The position numbers and the translations under genes were made by a program. 52,468 nucleotides of DNA from a virus (taxonomy: Duplodnaviria; Caudoviricetes). The stretch covers positions 1 through 52,468 of the IMG/VR virus record IMGVR_UViG_3300005663_000006; one strand, given 5' to 3'. This document shows, one piece after another, positions 1-9,273 of the stretch. The notes under the pieces were generated by a model. The model did not search any database. It was not told the origin of the DNA and saw nothing but the letters and a program-made list of their open reading frames with translations. Position 1 is the first letter of the stretch, and each line of letters starts with the position of its first letter.

Positions 1-77
1 CTAGTCTTGGATGAGATAGAAGAGATGTATGTTCAGAGGTTCCAGCTTTACCAGCAATATATGCCCGACAACATGGA
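1..77. repeat. Exact 77-bp terminal direct repeat (copy 1); circular assembly overlap
   Basis: 1-77 is identical to 52392-52468, and the portal reading frame is continuous through it. Confidence 0.97.
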
Positions 78-549
78 AATAGCGGTGCTTGAGGGTGAGG
101 AATGGTCGCCAAGGGAATTTAACCGAGATAGCATACGGGGTCAATTCAAGTTTGAGATTGAGGCCGATGCTGTTAGCGGGAACAAGCTGGCTCGGTTCGA
201 CCTCTCGCTGACGCTGTTCAGAGAGCTTGGGCAGATTCTAACGCAGATTCATCCGATTGGGATGATTGAGTTGGCCCGCAAGGTACTTAGGGACTCTGGC
301 GATAAAGATGTTAGCAAGATTCTCCCTCCCGAAGTTGAGGAAATGGTTCAGCGGGCACAAGAGAGAGAGGCGCAGCTTAAAGAGCAAGAAGGACAGGTTG
401 ATATGGCTTCCAAGTTGGCCCAGACAGAAATCATGGAAGCAAGGGCCGACTCAGAGAAAGAGAAGCAACAGGCCGAAATCTTTGAGAAGGGCCTAAAGGG
501 AATAGCATTGATTGAGGAAATGAACCAACCAGCGGGGGCGGCTAAGTAG
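1..549 (+). CDS. Portal protein, C-terminal part (continues from 50796 across the circular junction)
   Basis: Same frame as the open frame at 50796-52468; C-terminal Q/E/A-rich coiled coil typical of P22-like portals. Confidence 0.85.
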   Translation, partial: LVLDEIEEMYVQRFQLYQQYMPDNMEIAVLEGEEWSPREFNRDSIRGQFKFEIEADAVSGNKLARFDLSLTLFRELGQILTQIHPIGMIELARKVLRDSGDKDVSKILPPEVEEMVQRAQEREAQLKEQEGQVDMASKLAQTEIMEARADSEKEKQQAEIFEKGLKGIALIEEMNQPAGAAK

Positions 550-770
550 TGCAAACGCTACAACCCGAACAGAAATCGGCCCTGAAGGAGTGGTTGAGGC
601 ATCCTAGCGTTCAAGTATTTCAAGGAGTTATCCGCAGAGACTTGCTAAAACAGAGCGAGGTCGATATTATAAGCTCAGTAAACAACTATGGAGAGCTAGC
701 GCACAGCGTAGGCTTCAAGGAGGGAATTGAAAAAACGCTATCACGAATGGATGAGTTAGTAAAACCGTAA
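549..770 (+). CDS. Small hypothetical protein following portal
   Basis: 73-aa ORF coupled to the portal stop; a small gene here is common in podovirus head modules. Confidence 0.65.
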   Translation: MQTLQPEQKSALKEWLRHPSVQVFQGVIRRDLLKQSEVDIISSVNNYGELAHSVGFKEGIEKTLSRMDELVKP

Positions 771-792
771 AAACTTAATACCGACGAAATCA

Positions 793-848
793 AGGCCGTC
801 TTACCTGTACAGGACTGGCGCTGCCAGTAGGTGAGACGGTCTTTTTTT
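793..848 (+). terminator. Long hairpin with T-tract between portal region and scaffold gene
   Basis: AGGCCGTCTTACCT...AGGTGAGACGGTCT stem with inner CTGGC/GCCAG stem, followed by T7. Confidence 0.65.
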
Positions 849-883
849 GTCGGTGCCTTGCGGGGGGCAAAAATGGAGCAATC

Positions 884-1774
884 ATGACAGACACAGAACA
901 GGTGCAAACGGATACCGGCACCGAGGATTCACCACCCGAAACGCCGGACTCCGCGCCTCCTGAAGATACGGGACAGGAGGCAGCCACGCCCGAAGGGGAA
1001 GTAGGGGCGGAGGTCGTGGAAGAGGAAAAACTCACTCCCTTCCACGAACATCCCGATTGGATAGCGCGTGAAGAGAAGCTGAAGGAACAGGAACTCGCCA
1101 CGGTTAGGGCCGATGCCAGAGCCGAGGCGTTCCAACAACAGCTTCAACAAGCGCAAGCCGCGCCCAAAGAACAGCCCAAGACGCATGCGCCTGAAGAAGT
1201 GCGTCGCATGCACGAAGAAGGCGAGATAACGGATACGGTTTATCAGGAATATCTCGCAGAGGTGAAGGCCACAGAGAAGTCTGATGCGAGGGAGATGCAG
1301 CGCCTCCAGCGGGAGTCATTTCAAAGGGCGAAGCAGTTGGCCCCAGATATGGCAAACCCTAACACGGTTGATGGCCAGTTATTCGCCGCGCTAACGGACG
1401 ACCTTGCTGGGCCATACACTAGCCTCTTCAATGCTCAGGGACAGCCCCTCGTTTACAACGCCTTTGAACTCGTAGCTCGGGACATTAAGTCCCAACGTGC
1501 AACGCAGACGACTGCGGACACTGCTCGTTTGTCTGAGGAACAGAGGCTTAGGGCCGTTGAAGCGCAGGCGACTAACAACGAGGCACCGCATGGGCGCGGT
1601 ACGGAGGAAGAAATGGGAGACGCCACTAAACAATTAGATGACCGTCAGGCGGCTTACATGGCCAAAAGGTTGGGTAGGCCCCCTACGGACAAAGAGGCCC
1701 GCGAGTATCTGGACCATGATGCCGCGCTCAAGACTGTTAGCGGAACGCCTTGGCCCGAAAAGGCCCGTCGATAG
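884..1774 (+). CDS. Capsid scaffolding protein (putative)
   Basis: Acidic low-complexity N-terminus, coiled coil, PFHEHPDW motif, position between portal and capsid genes. Confidence 0.75.
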   Translation: MTDTEQVQTDTGTEDSPPETPDSAPPEDTGQEAATPEGEVGAEVVEEEKLTPFHEHPDWIAREEKLKEQELATVRADARAEAFQQQLQQAQAAPKEQPKTHAPEEVRRMHEEGEITDTVYQEYLAEVKATEKSDAREMQRLQRESFQRAKQLAPDMANPNTVDGQLFAALTDDLAGPYTSLFNAQGQPLVYNAFELVARDIKSQRATQTTADTARLSEEQRLRAVEAQATNNEAPHGRGTEEEMGDATKQLDDRQAAYMAKRLGRPPTDKEAREYLDHDAALKTVSGTPWPEKARR

Positions 1775-2019
1775 TGCGGAAGTGGCGCACCGGACGGGAT
1801 TCGGGCGGCGAGTCCAACAGGCTTCCATGCTCGGTCTGTCGCTGGCAGATAGACGCGAAGGTTCAGCAGATAGGAGGCGGGGCTGGTGACAAAACGGAGG
1901 CTTTTACGGACGTGGACTCAAACACGCTCTTTTTAAGCGTCGTCACCAAGTCCTCGGCTTGCCCATTCTGCGGGACCGACAACTGGCTGACAGGTTCTCG
2001 GGGCACAAGGAGACTCTAA
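1750..2019 (+). CDS. Small zinc-ribbon protein
   Basis: CSVC...CPFC; abuts the next start codon. Confidence 0.6.
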   Translation: MARKGPSIVRKWRTGRDSGGESNRLPCSVCRWQIDAKVQQIGGGAGDKTEAFTDVDSNTLFLSVVTKSSACPFCGTDNWLTGSRGTRRL

Positions 2020-2745
2020 ATGGCTTTTGAATATGTAGGCAACCTCGGCGGAGGTGGCCCATACATTATCAAAACCCAGGTTGACGACACGCTTGTAGCT
2101 GGTCAGTGGGTAGTCGCCGTTGATGGTGCCGGGTCAAATCATGGTGCCGTTAGCGACCCCTCTGCCGCTGATGGGCTCAAGGACTGCATCGGTGTCACTA
2201 CCGAAGCGGCAACCGTGTCAACCGTCAAGGCGAGTTCGGGTGTCGAAGTCGAAGTTATTCTGAACGCCCCCGGTTCAATCTGGAGGGCACCGTTCTCAGG
2301 TGCCACTACAATAGGCACGAACCCGACCGTGTTCATCAACGACACGCAGGACACAAATGCGTTGACCGTGACGCACGACCAGACGGGTTACACCGCCGAT
2401 TACGGAAATGGTTACGCTTCGCTTTATTGTCGCACGGGCGCTAACGCCGGTCAGATTCGCAAGATTTCTGACGGCACTACCACGACGTTTGTTGTCGTCC
2501 TGCCTTTTGACAGCACGATTGAGGTTAACGACACATTCGTTCATCTACATACGGCTCTTCCTCTCAGCGTCAGCAAAATCAAACTGACGACTGACTTCCA
2601 GGCCCTTAATAACGTGGCGAACGATGACATCACCTCTTACGGGGATGAAGTCATTGTGCTTTGGTACGACGGTTTGGAAATCGCTGGGCAAGAGCGAGTC
2701 GCATTCACCATGTCAACTGCTATGGACCAGTTGACCATCACCTAA
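2020..2745 (+). CDS. Capsid cement/decoration protein (putative)
   Basis: MAFEY start, G/T/V-rich beta composition, immediately upstream of the MCP. Confidence 0.6.
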   Translation: MAFEYVGNLGGGGPYIIKTQVDDTLVAGQWVVAVDGAGSNHGAVSDPSAADGLKDCIGVTTEAATVSTVKASSGVEVEVILNAPGSIWRAPFSGATTIGTNPTVFINDTQDTNALTVTHDQTGYTADYGNGYASLYCRTGANAGQIRKISDGTTTTFVVVLPFDSTIEVNDTFVHLHTALPLSVSKIKLTTDFQALNNVANDDITSYGDEVIVLWYDGLEIAGQERVAFTMSTAMDQLTIT

Positions 2746-2757
2746 TAGGAGGTCGTC

Positions 2758-3672
2758 ATGGCTAACCCTATGACTAGCGCACAATTCGGCGACCTTCTAG
2801 CGCCGGATTTTAGACGGATATTCTTCGAGAGGTTCGGTTCCAGGCCGTCCATGTTGGGCGAATTGTTTAGCTTCGATACGTCCACCAAGGAGGCTGAGAA
2901 GGATTCTCAAATCGGGACCATGCCGGACGTAGGTCAGTTCTTCGGGACTGTCCCGTACCAAGGCATGAGTCAAGGTTACGACGTTACTTACACTCACCTT
3001 GAGTTCTCTCAGGGGGCCCAGGTTCAGCGAAAGCTGTTCGACGATGACCAGTATCGCATTATGAACACGCGACCGGCTGGCATGGCAAGCGCGGCCTTCA
3101 GGACGAGGGAGACACACGGAGCCCGCATCTTCAACAATGCGTTCTCCAACGATACGTTCTTCTTCAATCACACCGAAGGCTTGTCGCTCTGCAATGACAG
3201 TCACACCACCACCTCGGGCGCTTCGACCACCACGGGGTTCGACAACTTAGTGACGACGGCTCTGACGGCCACAAACCTGACGACTGCCGTTATCGCTATG
3301 CAGGACTTCCGTGGCGACCAGGCCGAGCGCACCGACCCAGTGCCGGATACGCTTCTCATTCCGCCCAATCTCTACGAGACGGCGTATGAAATCATCAAGT
3401 CGCAGGGCAAAGTGGACACCGCACAGAACAATCCAAACGTCCACTTCGGCCAGTACAAAATCATCGTCTGGAATTACCTGACGGACACCAATAACTGGTT
3501 CCTGATTGACTCCACGATGATGGCCGACATGCTGACTTGGTTTGACCGTATCCCACTGGAGTTCGGTCAAATCGAGGACTTCGATACGTTTGTGGCGAAA
3601 TATCGCAGTTACATGAGATATAGTGTTGGCTGGGCCGACTGGAGATGGATTCTCGGGGCGCAGGTAAGCTAA
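2758..3672 (+). CDS. Major capsid protein (HK97 fold, Mu gpT-like family)
   Basis: 304 aa; PDTLLIPPNL, YLTDTNNWFL, FDTFVAKYRSYMRYSVGWADWR motifs; strong AGGAGG RBS. Confidence 0.9.
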   Translation: MANPMTSAQFGDLLAPDFRRIFFERFGSRPSMLGELFSFDTSTKEAEKDSQIGTMPDVGQFFGTVPYQGMSQGYDVTYTHLEFSQGAQVQRKLFDDDQYRIMNTRPAGMASAAFRTRETHGARIFNNAFSNDTFFFNHTEGLSLCNDSHTTTSGASTTTGFDNLVTTALTATNLTTAVIAMQDFRGDQAERTDPVPDTLLIPPNLYETAYEIIKSQGKVDTAQNNPNVHFGQYKIIVWNYLTDTNNWFLIDSTMMADMLTWFDRIPLEFGQIEDFDTFVAKYRSYMRYSVGWADWRWILGAQVS

Positions 3673-3684
3673 CGCGATGGGTAT

Positions 3685-3706
3685 GGGGGCGGCTTATGTC
3701 GCCCCC
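3685..3706 (+). terminator. GC hairpin after MCP (partial terminator or stabiliser)
   Basis: GGGGGCGGC-TTAT-GTCGCCCCC; no clear U-tract. Confidence 0.45.
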
Positions 3707-3725
3707 TCCCGAATAGGAGAAAGCG

Positions 3726-4358
3726 ATGAAGAGAATTATCGGTTTTGCAGTCGCGCTCCTGCTTGCGTCGGCGATGCCTGTGTCAGCCATTGACATTGAG
3801 GTGTTCAATCATCCTGGCTCGAACACAAACGCCTGGAAGCTGACGGACACGACGATAAATAAATACAACTCGTCTGGTACGTCAATCTGGGCCGTCGATT
3901 CTTCAGGGAACGTGACGATTTCGGGCGATATAAGCGCCGCTGGGGGCTACAAGGTGGCGATTGTATATGCTCACCAAGATGTTGCAGTCAGCCTAGACAG
4001 CCACGCTCCGATTGCTGGCACTGTTCAATCGGGGGCCTCTTCTGGGGGAACAACTGAGTATGTTGCCCCGTGGAGTGGCAGCGTAATAGGGGTGTCATTT
4101 ATATCCAGTTCAGCATTGACGGCTGGTGATGCCCACGTTGATGTAAGCACGGGGACTTGTGGCTCGACGTTGACCAAAACTGGTCTGATTGCTTTTCTGG
4201 GGTCGGGTGAGACAGAAACGACCTACGATTCAGCGACCCAGGCCAAGGATACCGATACCTTCTCCGCTGGAGAATGTATTGGCCTCGTAATGACAACTGG
4301 CTCCGCGTTTGCGCCGGACAACGGCGACTTAACTGCCATCGTGGTGCTGGAGTTCTAA
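3726..4358 (+). CDS. Secreted (Sec signal peptide) Ser/Thr/Gly-rich decoration/head-fibre-like protein
   Basis: MKRIIGFAVALLLASAMPVSA signal peptide; GNVTISGDI fibre-like repeat; C-terminal beta-sandwich-like domain (YVAPWSGSVIGVS...TFSAGECIGLV). Confidence 0.7.
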   Translation: MKRIIGFAVALLLASAMPVSAIDIEVFNHPGSNTNAWKLTDTTINKYNSSGTSIWAVDSSGNVTISGDISAAGGYKVAIVYAHQDVAVSLDSHAPIAGTVQSGASSGGTTEYVAPWSGSVIGVSFISSSALTAGDAHVDVSTGTCGSTLTKTGLIAFLGSGETETTYDSATQAKDTDTFSAGECIGLVMTTGSAFAPDNGDLTAIVVLEF

Positions 4359-4437
4359 GGAGGTTGAGAGAGAGGCGGCTGCGACTTCGTTTTCAAGCCC
4401 CCCTTGGCGGAATCAAGGTCGCTTCTCTTTCCACCCG

Positions 4438-5580
4438 ATGAGATGTCTAAACCGTTTAATAAAATGGATTCGGGTAGCGAACTCGCCATCACTGTGGGTG
4501 GTGGTGGGGGCACTCCTAATTCCTTGCTTCGTCCTGCTGAAACCCCTTCCGGGCGGAATAGCTATATCCCTTACATCATTCAAGTCTGCGGCTGGCCTAT
4601 CGGTTGCAATCATTCTGTTGGGAATGCTGACGCATATCCCTTGGATAGGGGTCATCTGCCTCTTTATCGTCGCCCAATGGTGGGTGTTTGGGTTGGCGAG
4701 GTGGGCGATAGTATTTCTTCTGTTTCTCATGGGGTGGATGGGATGGCTGCTGGCGTGCCAGAGGGTGGGGGAGAAAGCCGCTCGACTGGTGCAGTGGGCG
4801 TTCCTTTGGGCGGCGGTGGTACAGGTAGTCTTTATGCTTATGCAGTTACATCAGATTGACCCGATTATAATACCGATAGAGGCGAGCGGAAAGCTTCAGA
4901 TGAACATGCCCCAACCCGTTGTCGGTTTATTTGCAAATCCTTCCGATGTGGGAATATTTCTCGCACTCATACTTCCAATGGCTTTAACAATTAACCATAC
5001 CCTCGATGCCACGTTTTCTTTTTTGATTGGATTGGGCATTGCGCTCAGTCGAAGCTCTGCGGCCCTTGGAGCAGCGTTAATCATCATTGGGCTTTGGTTC
5101 GTTCACCTGATTTGGAGCGGAAAGCTATCGTGGCGCTGGTTCCTTGGCACAATTCCCATAGTGGGAGGCCTGTGGTTCTGGTTCACCAAGATAGACCCGC
5201 TCTCACACTCTCTTATGCGCCTCAACATCTGGGGTGCTGGTCTGAGGGTTTGGAAAATATCGCCATGGATTGGTCTTGGTCCCGGCGCGATGGGAAGCAA
5301 GTGGAAATTTCTTCACCGAGGCTCGGCCTGGACGATGTTTCATAACGAATACCTTGAGACGCTTTTCAATGGTGGGATTATCGGCCTTGCTCTAGTGGCG
5401 ATGTTAATTCTCTGGACCGCGCGGCGGTGCTGGTCTCATGAGATACAGCCCGTTCTGTGGATGGGTCTTTTGGCCGTGGCTGTGACGGCTACGGTAAGCA
5501 TACCGTTCCACATTATGCCGACGGCGATAGTCGCGGCTTGGTACTTGGGGCAGACCTGGAGGCGTGATGAAACTATCTAA
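4438..5580 (+). CDS. O-antigen ligase / Wzy_C family polytopic membrane glycosyltransferase (WaaL/PglL-like)
   Basis: Many TM segments; GLFANPS, LSRS, RLNIWGAGLRVWKISPWIGLGPG and FHNEYLETLFNGGIIGL match hallmark O-antigen ligase motifs, including the catalytic-type His. Confidence 0.88.
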   Translation: MRCLNRLIKWIRVANSPSLWVVVGALLIPCFVLLKPLPGGIAISLTSFKSAAGLSVAIILLGMLTHIPWIGVICLFIVAQWWVFGLARWAIVFLLFLMGWMGWLLACQRVGEKAARLVQWAFLWAAVVQVVFMLMQLHQIDPIIIPIEASGKLQMNMPQPVVGLFANPSDVGIFLALILPMALTINHTLDATFSFLIGLGIALSRSSAALGAALIIIGLWFVHLIWSGKLSWRWFLGTIPIVGGLWFWFTKIDPLSHSLMRLNIWGAGLRVWKISPWIGLGPGAMGSKWKFLHRGSAWTMFHNEYLETLFNGGIIGLALVAMLILWTARRCWSHEIQPVLWMGLLAVAVTATVSIPFHIMPTAIVAAWYLGQTWRRDETI

Positions 5581-6055
5581 GTATAGACAAAAACATTCGG
5601 AAATTGTGGGTGCGGTCATTGCATTGACGGAGCTTTTGCCAGTTGTAAAGGATGCGATGGATTACAGCCTTTCGTTTGTGGCCGACTCCGAGGAAATAGC
5701 GGCCTTAATTGATGAGAACAAAAGGGTGCTGGATAGCCTGGAGGCCCAACGGGAAAGCAATGAAAAGGAAATGGCCGCTGTAAGGGCGAATATTCAAAAA
5801 GAGCGTGACCACTCTAACAAGAAGAAGGAACGCGCCATCGCCCAAGCCAAAGAAATGGACGCGCAGCTTCAGAAGAAGATGGCCGAATATATTGAAAAAG
5901 AGAAGGCTGAGGTTGCGGCCCACAATGAGCGAATGAATGTCTTGGGAGCCAAGGAGAGCGAACTCTCGGCCTCTATCGTACGAAAGACAAGAGAAGAGAG
6001 CGATATAGAAAAGAGATTAAATAAACTCAAGGCTTCGATTGGTGGAGTTGGTTAA
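5564..6055 (+). CDS. Coiled-coil hypothetical protein
   Basis: K/E-rich heptad pattern, 163 aa. Confidence 0.7.
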   Translation: MMKLSKYRQKHSEIVGAVIALTELLPVVKDAMDYSLSFVADSEEIAALIDENKRVLDSLEAQRESNEKEMAAVRANIQKERDHSNKKKERAIAQAKEMDAQLQKKMAEYIEKEKAEVAAHNERMNVLGAKESELSASIVRKTREESDIEKRLNKLKASIGGVG

Positions 6056-6059
6056 ATAA

Positions 6060-6425
6060 ATGAGCGATTACCACGTTCTTGGAGTATCGGATAACGGTCA
6101 GGTTGTTCAAGTCGTTTTCCACATAGTTGTTCCCTCTGGGAATAACTTTGTTGGCAAGGCTTACTCACAAGCTATCGTCGAAGATGACTCGGTGAGCAAG
6201 ATAAGTGTTGTGCCCGGATTGGGCACATCTAATCCCACAGAGGTAACTGCTCTCGCCGCCGGAACTCTGGTTGAAAGGTCTTTCTCTTTCAAGGTTGATG
6301 CTGGCCTCTCTAATGCGGCGAAGCGAGACAGGCTAGATGTTGAGTTCAGGGAGATGGAGGCACAGGTGCGGGCTGCGATTCCCCGCAAGTATAACTTCTG
6401 GGGCTTCGAGAGGACGGTTCCGTAA
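6060..6425 (+). CDS. Hypothetical virion-associated protein
   Basis: 121-aa ORF translationally coupled within the structural operon. Confidence 0.65.
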   Translation: MSDYHVLGVSDNGQVVQVVFHIVVPSGNNFVGKAYSQAIVEDDSVSKISVVPGLGTSNPTEVTALAAGTLVERSFSFKVDAGLSNAAKRDRLDVEFREMEAQVRAAIPRKYNFWGFERTVP

Positions 6426-7027
6426 TGGCTTGGGGCACGGCAACTACATCGGCATTGCTCACCACAGACGCCAACTTTGAGGCGTTTGACGACGGCACCA
6501 ACGCTATCGTTCTCTCGCTCAATCCACGCGAACTAGTGGATTTGGTGTTTAGCATTGCCTCTGAGATTGGTGAAGCGGACGACCTGGAGATTCAGATTCT
6601 TGGTGGGTCGAGAATAATCAACAACGGCATAACCGGTACTATTACCTCAGACACGGTAATTGACCTCGCTGCCGGGGATAACGAAGCCAACGATTTTTAC
6701 ATGGGCATGTATTTCCTGATGACGACTGGTGGCGAAATCAAGGATGTGCGTGAGATTGTAGATTACGTTAGCTCCACCGATGCCGCAACGCTCGTAAGAG
6801 CATTAAGCGGTACGCCGACAATAACTGAAACTTACGACATCTTCCACATGAGGGCAATCGCTCAGTTCATCATCACGGCAGAGACGGTGCTGACCGAAGA
6901 CTTGCCTCAGAATGCAGGGGTGACGATTTCGGGCGTTCCGTTTGTAATTGCCCGCGCTCGAAGCACAGGTGCCACGGACGCTCATATCGCTCTTATGACC
7001 TACAGGGTGGACGGGGTGAGCATCTGA
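6425..7027 (+). CDS. Putative virion structural protein
   Basis: Acidic, T/A-rich beta protein with an inserted small domain (FYMGMYFLMTTG...VREIVDY). Confidence 0.65.
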   Translation: MAWGTATTSALLTTDANFEAFDDGTNAIVLSLNPRELVDLVFSIASEIGEADDLEIQILGGSRIINNGITGTITSDTVIDLAAGDNEANDFYMGMYFLMTTGGEIKDVREIVDYVSSTDAATLVRALSGTPTITETYDIFHMRAIAQFIITAETVLTEDLPQNAGVTISGVPFVIARARSTGATDAHIALMTYRVDGVSI

Positions 7028-7875
7028 TGAGTCGTGCCGTATTAGGAATTAGGCCCCCGATGTGGAATGTGGACCGTAGCCTCGTTGCCCCTGAGTGGCG
7101 GTGGGCATGGGATGGACTCGTTGGCGCATGGATGTTTTGGGAAGGGGGCAATCCTCCAAGAGACATTGTGAACGGAGTTCCAAGTGTCTTTGGTTCAACC
7201 GTGCCGACCCGTTCACCAACTCAGCATGGTATGGGGCTATTGACAAATCGCGTTAACAACGAAGGGGCAGAGATAGACCCCTCTTTCGATATTATAGGCA
7301 AGTGGCCCATCCAGACCAGCGGGACAGAAGGAACGATTATTGCCCTTAGTGATACGTCCACTAACAATTTACAGTCGATGTTTGGTAATAGGAATAGTGA
7401 TAATACGGGATGGAGAGTGGGCTTTGTAGCCGACAATAGTCTATGGCTCCTCTTTTCCGGGGTGGCTAATTATAGCGTAGTTATACCAGCCCAATACGCA
7501 AGCACGAACTTGCCTCTTGTGTGGGGGTGGAGCTTTCGGAGTGGAGATATATTCAGGGGCTTCGTCAACGGTGAGCGAATAGTTGGTGACACATCAATCG
7601 CGGCGGGTAAGGTCGTAACTGCGGTGCTTCCTGTTGGGCTTATGGCTGCTTACAGTTCAACAGCACTTGTAAATTCCATGCTTCGAACTACGGTCTGTGT
7701 CCTGGCTTACGATAGATTTTTGTCTGACGCAGAACACGCAGCTCTCGGCAGAGACCTCTTCGGCCCCTTCCGCATGGAAGACATCGCGCCGTGGGCGACT
7801 GTGGCAGTTCCTGGCGTGAGCCAAGCGTTTAGGTATCCCTATCACAAGAGCTTGAGAACCACTCTGGCGGGGTGA
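7027..7875 (+). CDS. LamG/concanavalin-A-like lectin domain virion protein
   Basis: GLVGAWMFWEGGN, FVNGERI, LAYDRFLSDAEH motifs typical of phage LamG-like domains. Confidence 0.7.
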   Translation: MSRAVLGIRPPMWNVDRSLVAPEWRWAWDGLVGAWMFWEGGNPPRDIVNGVPSVFGSTVPTRSPTQHGMGLLTNRVNNEGAEIDPSFDIIGKWPIQTSGTEGTIIALSDTSTNNLQSMFGNRNSDNTGWRVGFVADNSLWLLFSGVANYSVVIPAQYASTNLPLVWGWSFRSGDIFRGFVNGERIVGDTSIAAGKVVTAVLPVGLMAAYSSTALVNSMLRTTVCVLAYDRFLSDAEHAALGRDLFGPFRMEDIAPWATVAVPGVSQAFRYPYHKSLRTTLAG

Positions 7876-7884
7876 GGAATCGGC

Positions 7885-8049
7885 ATGGGAGGGCAATATA
7901 AAAAGAAAACATTTAGGCGCAGGCCCGACTACTTCTTGCTCCTGCGTAGTCTAAGGCGCATGCCGATTACGATTACCGCGCCACCGGATGTGAGTCAACC
8001 ATTCCGATACACCTACCACACGAACCTACGGGTTCTTTTGGCGAGATAA
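7885..8049 (+). CDS. 54-aa microprotein (not in ORF track)
   Basis: GAGG RBS; MGGQYKKKTFRRRPDYFLLLRSLRRMP...VSQPFRYTYHTNLRVLLAR shares motifs with 7027-7875 and 8759-8941. Confidence 0.65.
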   Translation: MGGQYKKKTFRRRPDYFLLLRSLRRMPITITAPPDVSQPFRYTYHTNLRVLLAR

Positions 8050-8080
8050 CACAAGAAGGGAGGGTAAGAAAATCGGCCGC

Positions 8081-8521
8081 ATGTACACAGTCCAGTTTTC
8101 CGAGGTATCGGTCTCGGCGCAACAAGACCTCTTTCAGATAGAGGCGTTGACTGTCCCCGCTATCATCCACGCCATCTATATAAGTCAGTCGTCTGATGTA
8201 GGTGACGCTTCCGCTGCGATGGTCAGTCTCAGAATCAACAGGGTGACGGATGCGGTCACCGACGACTTGGCGACCGTTCAGCTGGACAAGGGGGATGCCA
8301 CACAGCTTGCTGATGTCGCAATCAACGAAACCGTAGAGCTTGTGACCGGCATTGAGGTTATCCACAGCGAGGTATGGAACATCGCTCTGCCTTTCATCTG
8401 GCTGCCCACGCCTGAGATGCGAATTGTAGTCGAAGTAGGAAACGTGGTCGTGGTCAACATGAATACCACAGACACGCTTACGATGTCTGGAACTCTTTAC
8501 TTTGAGGAGGTGGGTGGCTAA
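8081..8521 (+). CDS. Putative beta-sandwich virion protein
   Basis: 146 aa, V/I/T-rich, ends SGTLYFEEVGG. Confidence 0.65.
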   Translation: MYTVQFSEVSVSAQQDLFQIEALTVPAIIHAIYISQSSDVGDASAAMVSLRINRVTDAVTDDLATVQLDKGDATQLADVAINETVELVTGIEVIHSEVWNIALPFIWLPTPEMRIVVEVGNVVVVNMNTTDTLTMSGTLYFEEVGG

Positions 8522-8766
8522 TGTCCAGAGAAAAAGCGGCAGCACTTATGGCTCTATCAGATGTTGATATGGCCGTCTATCGTTCCAAGCGCAACCAGCG
8601 CCCTTACTGGCAGAGGTTGTCCCGCGATGAATGGGTAGAGTTTTGCGAAAAGATGGCGATGTGGTTTTCTAAAGAAGCCCCTGATGAATGGGATAATTAC
8701 GTCATTGCCAACAACGCGAGAAAAGCCGCTTCGGACAAGGCGGCGCTAGAGAGAAGGAATGGTTAG
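8521..8766 (+). CDS. Hypothetical protein
   Basis: Coupled ORF with GGAGG RBS. Confidence 0.6.
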   Translation: MSREKAAALMALSDVDMAVYRSKRNQRPYWQRLSRDEWVEFCEKMAMWFSKEAPDEWDNYVIANNARKAASDKAALERRNG

Positions 8767-8941
8767 CGATACGGGCGTATTCAGGCGTAGGCCCGATTAC
8801 TTTTTGGCAATGCGTAGGCCAAGGCGTATGCCGACACTTACCCCGGCGGTTGTTGCTGACGCACGGGTGCTCCACACGCCCCAAAATTACATTGATTGGT
8901 CTGCGGATAAGCAACCCAAGAGAATCCCGGTGGTGATGTGA
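8759..8941 (+). CDS. 60-aa microprotein, paralogue of 7885-8049
   Basis: FRRRPDYFLAMRRPRRMP. Confidence 0.6.
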   Translation: MVSDTGVFRRRPDYFLAMRRPRRMPTLTPAVVADARVLHTPQNYIDWSADKQPKRIPVVM

Positions 8942-9255
8942 TGAGTACCATGATTTGGAACGGTGACGCTTTCGCACACGAAGCCATTACGGTATCAAAC
9001 TCGGCAAAGAGTTTTACTGCCGTTACTTATGCACCAAGCGGCACCGTGCCGCCCGTACACAGGGCAGTAGTCACGGTAGAGGACCAGAATCTTAGATATA
9101 CGATAGATGGTTCTACTACTCCCACGACTTCGGTAGGCCATTTAGCAAAGGATGAATATGTAATCATTCTGACAAGCAAGACGATGATTCAGAACTTCAA
9201 AGCTATAAGGGCAACGGGGTCGGATAGCAAGATTAAGGTGACTTATTTCAGGTAG
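8938..9255 (+). CDS. Small beta-sandwich virion protein (paralogue of 11634-12014, no signal peptide)
   Basis: TYAPSGTVPPVHRAVVTVEDQNLRYTIDG. Confidence 0.7.
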   Translation: MMSTMIWNGDAFAHEAITVSNSAKSFTAVTYAPSGTVPPVHRAVVTVEDQNLRYTIDGSTTPTTSVGHLAKDEYVIILTSKTMIQNFKAIRATGSDSKIKVTYFR

Positions 9256-9273
9256 AGGTGAGCCTAGAAAGAC

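Noticed and set aside
1-77. Terminal repeat as a biological direct terminal repeat
   Set aside because: It is exactly 77 bp (a common assembler k-mer) and falls in the middle of the portal gene, so it is best read as a circular-assembly overlap
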